From contig CAZOMT010000034.1 in assembly GCA_964581255.1 (NCBI GenBank), positions 3,865-67,864 of the forward strand: 64,000 nucleotides of DNA. The letters are read 5' to 3'. The notes beneath the pieces are model-generated. The model worked only from the letters and a program-made list of their open reading frames with translations, ran no database searches and was not told where the DNA came from. The DNA is from an uncultured Thermodesulfatator sp. (GTDB taxonomy: Bacteria > Desulfobacterota > Dissulfuribacteria > Dissulfuribacterales > QOAL01). The translations under genes and the position numbers were made by a program. Shown in pieces: positions 9,765 to 18,015 of the stretch (positions are counted from its first letter, which is position 1; each line of letters opens with the position of its first letter).

Positions 9765-10866
9765 CATTATCATGCGTATCTTTTCCTTCGCCTTTACCTG
9801 CAACCACCTTCTGAAACTTCTTGGCCAAAGGCTTCACAGACAAGGCCAGCAGCACGATTGCCCCGGATATCTTGAGCCATGAAGGCAACACCTCTGGGGC
9901 CTGGCCTATCACTGCCCTGGCTGAGATGCCAAGGGATATATAGAGCATGTCCAGTGCAAGTCCGCAGACGATAGCGCACACTGACAGCGACAGAAGATAG
10001 ACGACAGTACCCCGTTTACCCAGAATGCCAGTAATAACGGATAGGGATGTCATGTTGGTAGCAGGACCTGCAAGGAGAAATACCAAGGCAGTGCCTGGGC
10101 TCACCCCCTTCATGATAAGAGCGGCAGCCACTGGTGTAGATGCTGTGGCACATATATATATAGGTATGCCTGCTGCGAGCATAAGGAACATGGAACCAAC
10201 TCCGCCCCCCAAGTGAGCTGACAGAAGATTTGCCGGAACCAGTGCGGCAATGATCCCTCCAATGAGGATCCCTACAAGAAACCAGCCTGCCAGGTCTGCC
10301 CATACATCAGTGACAGAAAACCTTAGCCCTGCCATCACCTTGCCCCAAAAAGACAGTTTTTGTCGCTCCTCTTCTTGGGGACAAGGCCTTTTCTCACAAC
10401 TCTCCCCCCTACATGAACAGCCTTCGCCTTCATTGGCCACTTCTTCACTATCTTCATAAACCAGCATATCTTCCATGACTCCTGCAAAAAATGCGGAAAA
10501 AAAGGCTGCCACTGGACGCACCACTGTCATTACAGGATCAAGCAGCGCCCAGGTCACAGCAATGGAGTCAACGCCTGATTCAGGAGTAGATATTAAAAAT
10601 GCCGTAACTGCACCTTTGCTGGCGCCTTGTTTCTTGAGGGAAGCTGCCGCCGGCAGTGTGCCACATGATCAAAGGGGAAGAGGGATACCCAGAAGAGCGG
10701 CCTTAGCTATCGATAACAGCCCTCCTTTGCCAAGATGCCTTGCAACAGCAGCAGGGCTTAGAAAGACCTTCAAAAGGCCGGCTACCAATATACCCAGGAG
10801 TATATATACTCCAGAGGCTACTAGAAGCCCCCATGATTGTAGTAAAACCTCCGTGAATAGGCCCAT
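9751..10866 (-). CDS. PF03773/ArsP-type permease with in-frame TGA (10669-10671), a candidate selenocysteine codon
   Basis: Track ORFs 10669..10881 and 9751..10557 are in the same frame. Read-through gives ...GIPLPL-[TGA]-SCGTLPAAASLKKQGASKGAVTAFLISTPESGVDSIAVTWALLDP.... The protein is multi-TM with a Cys-rich loop (CSCRGESCEKRPCP). The start is set at the ATG (MGLFTEVLL), because the upstream TTG seems unlikely. Confidence 0.7.
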
Positions 10867-11312
10867 GTATTGAAACCTCAAGCACTAAAGGCCCTCAATA
10901 TCCTGACGTAAGGAGTCTTTCGGGTCTTAATGCGATTTTTCTCAAAAATGATAGGAAAGCCCTATCAGGAAACAACATTATGAGCAAGAAAAACTTTTGA
11001 CTTTTTTGGCGATTGATTGGCTAGATCAACTCCATTCCACTGAAGCATGGGGAAAGGGCCAATAAATATCTTCCCAAAAAGACCGCAAGTGCCCTCTATT
11101 TTTACTTGACATAAATTTGTATTCTTATAATTATATATCTTATTAGTATAGATTAACAAGATCAACTTTGGCTACAAAAAAAGTCTAAACCATGCACAAG
11201 ATATTTCAAGAACACAAGAAACTACATCGCCTCATGGAAGGATTGAAGGCCTCAGACAGTATCGACCAGGTGGCAAAAAGTATCCGTAAAGCAGATCCTA
11301 TATGAAGATTAT

Positions 11313-11774
11313 ATGAAGATTACCACGAGAAGCAGATACGGCACCAGGATGATGGTAGAACTTGCTGCCAACTTTCACAAAGGTCCAGTTCAGGTGGGAG
11401 AAATAGCAAGGAAGGAGAACCTGTCTGTAAAATACCTGGAACAGCTTATCATTCCCCTTAAACGCACAGGCCTCATCAAGAGCATCAGAGGGGCCAGAGG
11501 TGGCCACTTGCTTGCAAGGGCACCAACTGACATCACGGTATGGGACATAGTTGCCGCACTTGAGGGAGAGGAAGGCGTCACGCCATGTGTTGCATATCCA
11601 GAATGGTGTGACAGGAGCAAGACCTGCCCTACCAGAGATGTCTGGAGCATGATCACAAAGGTCTTGAAGGAACGACTTTCGTCCATAACCCTTGCAGATC
11701 TGGCTCAAAAACAGCAGCAAAGGCTTGAGGACGAAAACTATATGGAGGATGAGATATGTATACGGAACAGCTGA
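11313..11774 (+). CDS. Rrf2-family (IscR-like) transcriptional regulator
   Basis: MKITTRSRYGTRMMVELA winged-helix N-terminus typical of Rrf2. Cys residues (CVAYPEWCDRSKTC) are compatible with a cluster-binding subtype. Confidence 0.85.
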   Translation: MKITTRSRYGTRMMVELAANFHKGPVQVGEIARKENLSVKYLEQLIIPLKRTGLIKSIRGARGGHLLARAPTDITVWDIVAALEGEEGVTPCVAYPEWCDRSKTCPTRDVWSMITKVLKERLSSITLADLAQKQQQRLEDENYMEDEICIRNS

Positions 11775-12238
11775 TGCAACACTTTGCAAATCCACACAAT
11801 GTTGGCGTCATAGAGGACGCTGACGGTATAGGACAAGTGGAAAATTCTGTATATGGCGATATGGTGACCTTCTATATAAAAGTCAAAAATGACACCATCG
11901 AGGATGTCAAGTGTCAAGCCACGGGATGCATAGCTGCAATAGCAGTATCGAGCCAGGTGACAGAAATGGTCAAAGGCAAGAGCCTGTTGGAGGCCAAAGC
12001 CCTAACCCAAAAGGCAGTGGCCGAAGCGCTTGGTGGGCTCCCAAAGGACATGGTCCACTGTTTCAATCTTGGAGCAGAGGCACTGCAAAAGGCAATAAGA
12101 AATTATGAGACCTCCGCTTTCTTGACCACCTCTCCAGTGAAAAAAACCGACGTACTATACAAAAGATGTGGAAGCTGTTGGACAAAGAATTCGGTCACAT
12201 TGAATTACTGCATGTGCTGCGGTGTAAGGCTCAAATAA
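11756..12238 (+). CDS. Atypical IscU/NifU-N-like scaffold protein with C-terminal zinc-ribbon tail
   Basis: HFANPHNVG, ATGCIAAIAVSS and VHCFNLGAEAL match IscU blocks. The first ligand Cys is replaced (NSVYGD instead of CGD). The tail reads CGSCWT...YCMCCG. The gene overlaps the Rrf2 gene by 19 nt. Confidence 0.65.
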   Translation: MYTEQLMQHFANPHNVGVIEDADGIGQVENSVYGDMVTFYIKVKNDTIEDVKCQATGCIAAIAVSSQVTEMVKGKSLLEAKALTQKAVAEALGGLPKDMVHCFNLGAEALQKAIRNYETSAFLTTSPVKKTDVLYKRCGSCWTKNSVTLNYCMCCGVRLK

Positions 12239-12284
12239 TGAGGATGGCCCCTATTCCCCCTGCAAAGCGAATACATAGAAGGCG

Positions 12285-12313
12285 TTCCAAGGCTGCAGAT
12301 TGAAACACTCTGT
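12285..12313. repeat. Possible minimal third copy of the hairpin core of the dispersed element
   Basis: TTCCAAGGC (identical to 43879..43887) followed by hairpin GCAGA-UUGAAACAC-UCUGU, with the same UGAAAC loop motif as copies A and B. Confidence 0.3.
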
Positions 12314-12490
12314 ACCTTATTGATCCTCCAGGCTCGTGGGCTTTACCTTTCCTCATTGTCCGTGAACTTACTTATTCCCCACAAATTTTTATCAAAAATG
12401 GCGCCAAGTAGGGTCTAAACATTTAACCCAGACGTAAAAATAGGTGGAATTTTAGCTTTCTATAACAGAATCGAGGGCCCTTTTTACCAG

Positions 12491-14188
12491 ATGACAACAA
12501 GCAAAAGCACATGCCTCGGCAATAGAAAAGACAGATCCAGGCCAGATATTTCCTGCAGGAGCAAGGCGAAGACAAGACATAGCCTAAGGAACTTCATCAT
12601 TGCTGCATTGCTAATAAATATCTTTGCCATAATGTCCATAGGTGGAATATGCACCATGCTCGTTAAGGAAATGGCTCTGGATATCGCCAAGCTGCGCATG
12701 GAGAGCAAGTCGGTATCGAGGGTGCACAACCTGAACAACAGGACCCAGGAGGCCATCTTTCTAGCGGAAAATGCACTGGTTAAACACGACAAGGAACCTC
12801 TTGGTTATGCCATATACGTAGTCAAGGATCTGCTGGATAAGGTTTCCCTGTACAAAGAAAAAAGGATAGCCGACGACAGTTTTGGCCTTAGTGCCAATGT
12901 CCTTTACCAAAAGATTGAAGATAATCTCCAGGAAATAGACAAGAGACTAAAGGCAGCCTATGAGGAATTTTCTGGCAATAACGTCCTGGACAGGCAAATG
13001 CTAAAGGAGTTGGAAACATATGGATACAATGTCCAAAATCAGGTTCAGGCCATAAATGCCATAAGTTTCAGAACCATTGAAAAGCAGGTCGAGGATTCCA
13101 ACAACAAGATGTACTACATCTTGTTCATGTATCTTACCTCCTGTTTCTTGGGCATTGTGGCTTCATGCACTGGCTATATTTTGCTGATGCGGAATGTGGT
13201 ACGTCCTGTCATCACTCTGGCCTATGCCACAGAAAGAGTCGCCGAAGGAGATCTGTCGGCAAGGGTTTACGCAACCACCAGGACCGAGATAGGCACCCTC
13301 TATGAAGCCTTCAATTCCATGACTGCAAGACTCCAGGAACACGAAAAAAGGAGGGAGGAATTCAGTAGAGAGCTCGAAAGAAAGGTGAAAGAACGCACCG
13401 CTGAACTCAAGGCATCCAAGGACTCTCTCAAAAAGGCCCAGAAGGAATTGATCCGCATGGAAAAAATAGCCACTTTGGGCCAGATAGCCACCAGTGTCAA
13501 CCACGAAATAAAAACTCCACTAAACGTGCTTTACATGAACCTGCAACTGTTGAACAAAAAGATAAAAAAGTGCAGTCCTGGCCTACAAGACTGTTCAAAA
13601 GACATGCTGAATCTTACAAACCTCATAAATAAAGAGGTCGTCAGGATCAATGAAATTGTCGAAGAATTCGTAAATTATGCGCGCTTTCCTTTGCCAGACA
13701 TAAAAGGGAACGACTTGAACAAGATCGTGCAGGATATAGCTGAGATGATCGAACAAAAGGCCACGGCTGCCAATGTTCAGGTTGAGACACAGCTGGATGA
13801 CTCCCTTGGGATCATCCTTCTTGACGATAAAAAGATCACCCAGGCACTCCTGAATCTGTGCATGAACGCCTTGCAGGCCATGCCTTCAGGAGGAAAACTG
13901 CTCATAGAAACTAACCATATAGGATCTGCAGCAATAGTAAAGGTCTCAGACACTGGCACAGGTATTTCAGCCAAGGATATGGACCGGATATTTCAGCCAT
14001 TTTTCACTAAAAAGGCCCATGGGACAGGCTTTGGACTGGCCATCGTACAGAGGATAGTGGAAGACCACGGCTGGACCATCAGTTGCAAAAGCAATGTAGG
14101 CACAGGCTCTTCATTTATTATTCAAATCCCTTTCAAAAAGGCTAAAGACCAGGAGGACCATGACCAAACCCACAGTTTTGATAGTTGA
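12491..14188 (+). CDS. Sensor histidine kinase (2 TM, extracytoplasmic region, HAMP, HisKA, HATPase)
   Basis: H-box SVNHEIKTPLN and a G-box region (DTGTGI...GTGFGLAIV). Two hydrophobic segments flank a loop of about 170 aa. The exact start is uncertain. Confidence 0.85.
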   Translation: MTTSKSTCLGNRKDRSRPDISCRSKAKTRHSLRNFIIAALLINIFAIMSIGGICTMLVKEMALDIAKLRMESKSVSRVHNLNNRTQEAIFLAENALVKHDKEPLGYAIYVVKDLLDKVSLYKEKRIADDSFGLSANVLYQKIEDNLQEIDKRLKAAYEEFSGNNVLDRQMLKELETYGYNVQNQVQAINAISFRTIEKQVEDSNNKMYYILFMYLTSCFLGIVASCTGYILLMRNVVRPVITLAYATERVAEGDLSARVYATTRTEIGTLYEAFNSMTARLQEHEKRREEFSRELERKVKERTAELKASKDSLKKAQKELIRMEKIATLGQIATSVNHEIKTPLNVLYMNLQLLNKKIKKCSPGLQDCSKDMLNLTNLINKEVVRINEIVEEFVNYARFPLPDIKGNDLNKIVQDIAEMIEQKATAANVQVETQLDDSLGIILLDDKKITQALLNLCMNALQAMPSGGKLLIETNHIGSAAIVKVSDTGTGISAKDMDRIFQPFFTKKAHGTGFGLAIVQRIVEDHGWTISCKSNVGTGSSFIIQIPFKKAKDQEDHDQTHSFDS

Positions 14189-15509
14189 TGATGACAAAAT
14201 GACCAGAAATACCCTGTCACTTGCACTGGAAGAAGACTACTCCACTTGCACGGCAAACGATGGGATCGAGGCCTTGAAACTTCTCAAGCAAAAGGCTTTT
14301 GATATTGTACTGTCTGATCTGGACATGCCAGGAATAGACGGGTTGAAGCTCCTGGAAAAGATCGGACAGATGGAAAACAAGGTGCCCTTGATAGTGATTA
14401 CAGGACAAGGGACCATTGAAAGTGCTGTTCAGGCTATGAAATCAGGGGCCTATGACTTTGTTACCAAACCCGTGAACCTTGACCGGCTCGGCCTACTCAT
14501 GGAAAAGGCCCTCGAGAACAAACGCCTCAAGGAAGAAAATCTCTTGCTCAAAAAGAAGATCAAGGAGAGCTTTCCAGAACTCAAATTCATAGGTCGTTCT
14601 GAAGCCATAAGAAAGTGTGAGGATCTTGCCATGCAAGTGGCCTCTACCAAGGCCACGGTCTTGATCGAAGGCGAATCTGGCACAGGCAAGGAACTTATTA
14701 CAAACATAATCCACTACAACAGCCCAGTGGCCCATGGGCCCTTTATCAAGATCAATTGTTCAGCCTTTTCTGAAAGTCTGCTCGAATCTGAACTTTTTGG
14801 CCATGAGAAAGGTGCCTTTACAGGGGCCTTCAAAACCAAGAGAGGCCGTTTTGAATTGGCGGACCAGGGTACATTATTCCTGGATGAAGTAGGAGAAATG
14901 CCCCTGTCCACCCAGGTGAAACTGTTGAGGTTTTTGCAAGAACGCACCTTTGAAAGGGTGGGGGGCACCAAGACCCACAAAGTGGATGTCCGGCTCATCT
15001 CTGCCACAAACAGAGATCTGGCAAAGATGGTCAAGGAAGGCAAATTCCGGGAAGATCTCTACTACAGGCTGCGTGTGGTCAGAATAGTGGTGCCTCCCCT
15101 CAGAGATCGTAAAGAGGACATTGACGATCTCGTCCACAATTTCATCAAGAGATTCTCGGGCCTTCATGGCAAGCCTATTTCCGGGATATCGAGGGATGCC
15201 ATGGAGTTGATGCGCTCATACAGGTGGCCTGGAAATGTCAGAGAGCTTATGAATTGTATAGAAAGCGCCGTAGTCATGGCTAAAACCGATTTCATCGATG
15301 TGGATGATATCCCAGAATACCTGTCGGACAACTCCAGTCAGGCTGAGACAGGCGGCAGCGGCCTGGGTCTCATCCAGGAACTTGAGCGAAAGGCAATAAT
15401 AGAAACACTCGAAAAGACCAAGGGAGACAAGGTCAAGGCTTCGCGGATTCTGGGTATTGGTTTAAGAACCCTCTATAGAAAAATAGAGAAGTGGGAAATA
15501 GACACTTAA
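14160..15509 (+). CDS. Sigma-54-dependent response regulator (NtrC/AtoC class)
   Basis: Receiver domain (VLIVDDD...DLDMPG), AAA+ domain (GESGTGKE, GAFTGA) and a C-terminal Fis-type HTH. It overlaps the kinase gene. Confidence 0.92.
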   Translation: MTKPTVLIVDDDKMTRNTLSLALEEDYSTCTANDGIEALKLLKQKAFDIVLSDLDMPGIDGLKLLEKIGQMENKVPLIVITGQGTIESAVQAMKSGAYDFVTKPVNLDRLGLLMEKALENKRLKEENLLLKKKIKESFPELKFIGRSEAIRKCEDLAMQVASTKATVLIEGESGTGKELITNIIHYNSPVAHGPFIKINCSAFSESLLESELFGHEKGAFTGAFKTKRGRFELADQGTLFLDEVGEMPLSTQVKLLRFLQERTFERVGGTKTHKVDVRLISATNRDLAKMVKEGKFREDLYYRLRVVRIVVPPLRDRKEDIDDLVHNFIKRFSGLHGKPISGISRDAMELMRSYRWPGNVRELMNCIESAVVMAKTDFIDVDDIPEYLSDNSSQAETGGSGLGLIQELERKAIIETLEKTKGDKVKASRILGIGLRTLYRKIEKWEIDT

Positions 15510-15523
15510 TGATGCCCGTTCTC

Positions 15524-15559
15524 TTGCCAAAATGACAATCAGCCACGCCATTATGGCAA
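15524..15559. promoter_or_regulatory. Imperfect inverted repeat, candidate upstream activator sequence for the sigma-54 regulator
   Basis: TTGCCAAAATGAC-N10-GCCATTATGGCAA, with 11 of 13 positions symmetric. It is centred about 75 bp upstream of the -24 element. Confidence 0.4.
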
Positions 15560-15612
15560 TTATTCGCCCCCATTCACACCCTATCTGCTTGTTTTTATTA
15601 ACAAAGGCAGCT

Positions 15613-15628
15613 TGGCACGTAAATAGCA
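15613..15628 (+). promoter_or_regulatory. Sigma-54 (-24/-12) promoter
   Basis: TGGCACGTAAATAGCA against consensus TGGCACG-N4-TTGCW. The GG and GC are at the exact canonical spacing, with one mismatch in the -12 element. It lies 57 nt upstream of the ATG at 15685 and directly downstream of a sigma-54 activator gene. Confidence 0.6.
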
Positions 15629-15684
15629 TTATATAAATACAACAAGCAAAAAGTTGCTAACAAAAAAGAAAAGGGGGCATAATT

Positions 15685-15912
15685 ATGAGACATACAATTA
15701 CAGACGCAAAGGTTAAAACGAGAACACAGGAACGAGTGTCTGATGCAACACGGGCAGAAGATACAATTGTATCAGGAATAATGACTATTGGTGGCACGGT
15801 TGCTTTCCTGATTGGACTTTGGGCTGCTGCCTGTGTCGTTGGAGGCCTCATAGCTGCCGGCGGACCAATACAATTCGTGAAGAGCTGGTTTTTGGCAGTT
15901 TCAGGCGGTTAA
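15685..15912 (+). CDS. Small (75-aa) hypothetical membrane protein
   Basis: ATG preceded by AAGGGGG about 8 nt upstream. The N-terminal third is charged, followed by a long hydrophobic stretch (IMTIGGTVAFLIGLWAAACVVGGLIAAGG). No family was recognised. Confidence 0.45.
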   Translation: MRHTITDAKVKTRTQERVSDATRAEDTIVSGIMTIGGTVAFLIGLWAAACVVGGLIAAGGPIQFVKSWFLAVSGG

Positions 15913-16078
15913 GGGAAAATTAAAAAGGCGATGGCACCAAGTTGGCGTCATCGCCTGGATCAAGGTACACCGGACGAGGCACCAACTGTTATTCTGTTGA
16001 AGACATAGAGGAACTATAATGTGGCCGTTATAAGATATCTTATTTAATCTCAAGCAGGAAAGTGACATAGATCATAAC

Positions 16079-17965
16079 GTGGTATTTTTTATTCGCTCAA
16101 TCTTCGCTTTATCTGTTATTTCACTTGTTATCGGCGGTATACTGCTGGTTCATAATGTTGAAAACCGCATTCCAGAAGTCAGCTACAACGAATTCCTCGA
16201 ATCCTTGGATAAAAACGAGATAGTGGAAGTTCAATTGAAAGGCAACATCATCTCATACAAAGATTTTTCCGGAAGGAGTTTCGCCACTTTTTGCCCAGAC
16301 GTAAAGGGGATCGTTCCAGATTTGGTCAAAAAGGGAATAGCAATACATGGCCAGCCGGACAAGCCTTCCCCATGGTGGAATCTGTTCTATGTTGGGCTCC
16401 CCACTATTGTGATACTACTCGCCTGGTATTCGTTCCTCAAAAAGCAAGATAAAGAGGGCTCAGATGAATTTGCCAAGGACAAGGCGGTAAAATTCAAGAT
16501 GGGGGTAAGGCCTGTCACATTCCGTGACGTTGCTGGCATCCCGGAAGTCAAGGACGAGCTTTTGGAAATAATAGATTTCTTACAAAACCCCAGAAAGTAC
16601 AGCAGGTTAGGTGCAATCATACCCAAGGGCATACTATTCCAAGGCCCCCCTGGAACGGGTAAAACCTTACTGGCAAGGGCCGTGGCAGGCGAGGCCGGTG
16701 TTCCATTCTATAGTATCAGTGGCTCAGATTTCGTGGAAATGTTTGTTGGTGTAGGGGCATCCCGTGTCAGGGAACTCTTTAGAGAAGCAAAGAAAAACTC
16801 TCCATGCATAATATTCATTGATGAAATAGACGCTGTTGGAGGACATAGAGGGACAGGCACAGGCACAGGGGGGCAGGATGAAAGGGGCCAAACATTAAAT
16901 GCGCTCCTGGTAGAGATGGACGGCTTCAGCTCGGAGCAGACAATAATAGTACTGGCTGCTACTAACCGCCCTGATATCCTTGATCCAGCACTTCTCAGGC
17001 CAGGACGGTTTGACAGGCAAATAAACATCCTTCCCCCTGATGTAAAAGGCAGACACGCCATCCTTCAAGTCCATGCCCAAAAGATATCCCTCGCAAAGGA
17101 TGTGGACCTTGAAAAGATAGCACGCTCGTGCCCTGGTTTTACAGGTGCCGAGCTTGCTGCCTTGGTAAATGAAGCTGCCATCCTGGCTGGCAGACAGGGG
17201 AAAAAGGAGGTGGAACTGACAGATTTCGAGCTGGCACAAGACAGGATAATGATGGGAGTGGAGCGAAAAGGGCTCGTCATAGGTGAAAAGGATAGAAAGA
17301 CCTTGGCCTATCATGAAGCAGGCCACGCCTTACTCGCCAAATTTCTCCCAGAAAGTGACCCTGTCCACAAGATCACCATAATCCCGAGAGGAAAGGCACT
17401 GGGCTATACCAAACAGCTTCCCATGAACGATAGGCACGCCTATTCCAAGACCTACCTTCGTAGCAGGATCATCATGCTCCTTGGGGGCAGGGCAGCCGAA
17501 GAGGTATGTCTCAACCAGCAGACCACATGCTCAGAAGACGATTTTGAACACGCCGTAGCCATTGCAATGAAGATGGTTTGCAGGTGGGGCATGGACGAGC
17601 GTATCGGCCCTGTTTCCTATTCCAGTCTCCAGGACGGCTTTCTAGGTGACCAGACAATCAGCCTCAATTACAGCGAGGAGACGGCTCGAAATATCGACCG
17701 CGAGGTGAAAAGAATAATCGACGAATGTTACCAGGAGGCTGTGGATATCCTGAGACGCGAGGAAGACTTCCTGACGTACCTGGCGGAGATCCTCCTCGTC
17801 CACGAAACGCTTGACGCCGAGGAGATGGAAATCATCTACAACTGCACCCTCAAAAGGCGCAAGGAGCGGGACAAAAGAACTAACGAAAACGTGGACCTAT
17901 TCTGTGATGTCGATTATGGAAATGCGGCTGCCGACATTCATGCGACCAAGGACAGTACATCCTGA
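16079..17965 (+). CDS. ftsH: ATP-dependent zinc metalloprotease FtsH (paralogue)
   Basis: Two TM segments flank an extracytoplasmic domain. Walker A GPPGTGKT, Walker B IIFIDEID, zinc site HEAGH. GTG start. Confidence 0.9.
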   Translation: MVFFIRSIFALSVISLVIGGILLVHNVENRIPEVSYNEFLESLDKNEIVEVQLKGNIISYKDFSGRSFATFCPDVKGIVPDLVKKGIAIHGQPDKPSPWWNLFYVGLPTIVILLAWYSFLKKQDKEGSDEFAKDKAVKFKMGVRPVTFRDVAGIPEVKDELLEIIDFLQNPRKYSRLGAIIPKGILFQGPPGTGKTLLARAVAGEAGVPFYSISGSDFVEMFVGVGASRVRELFREAKKNSPCIIFIDEIDAVGGHRGTGTGTGGQDERGQTLNALLVEMDGFSSEQTIIVLAATNRPDILDPALLRPGRFDRQINILPPDVKGRHAILQVHAQKISLAKDVDLEKIARSCPGFTGAELAALVNEAAILAGRQGKKEVELTDFELAQDRIMMGVERKGLVIGEKDRKTLAYHEAGHALLAKFLPESDPVHKITIIPRGKALGYTKQLPMNDRHAYSKTYLRSRIIMLLGGRAAEEVCLNQQTTCSEDDFEHAVAIAMKMVCRWGMDERIGPVSYSSLQDGFLGDQTISLNYSEETARNIDREVKRIIDECYQEAVDILRREEDFLTYLAEILLVHETLDAEEMEIIYNCTLKRRKERDKRTNENVDLFCDVDYGNAAADIHATKDSTS

Positions 17966-18015
17966 ACAACAAATACTGAGGCGACCTTCATGATTTGGTC
18001 CGTAAATCCCCATTT

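Noticed and set aside
9751-10881. Reading the permease as a pseudogene or as two separate genes (track ORFs 10669..10881 and 9751..10557).
   Set aside because: The two parts are in one frame with a single TGA, and there is no frameshift. The TGA replaces the first Cys of the family's C-x-C motif, and family-like sequence continues immediately after it. The window contains an independent Sec-type TGA in hdrA. The pseudogene reading cannot be fully excluded without homologue comparison.
11192-11305. 37-aa ORF (MHKIFQEHKKLHRLMEGLKASDSIDQVAKSIRKADPI) upstream of the Rrf2 gene.
   Set aside because: It has no Shine-Dalgarno sequence and no recognisable family, and it cannot be distinguished from chance. 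It is noted only because it terminates inside the 11-bp duplication.
12290-12306. GCAGATTGAAAC resembles the 3' end of many CRISPR repeats (ATTGAAAC).
   Set aside because: It is a single occurrence with no repeat-spacer periodicity and no cas genes in the window. It fits better as the hairpin loop motif shared with the dispersed element.
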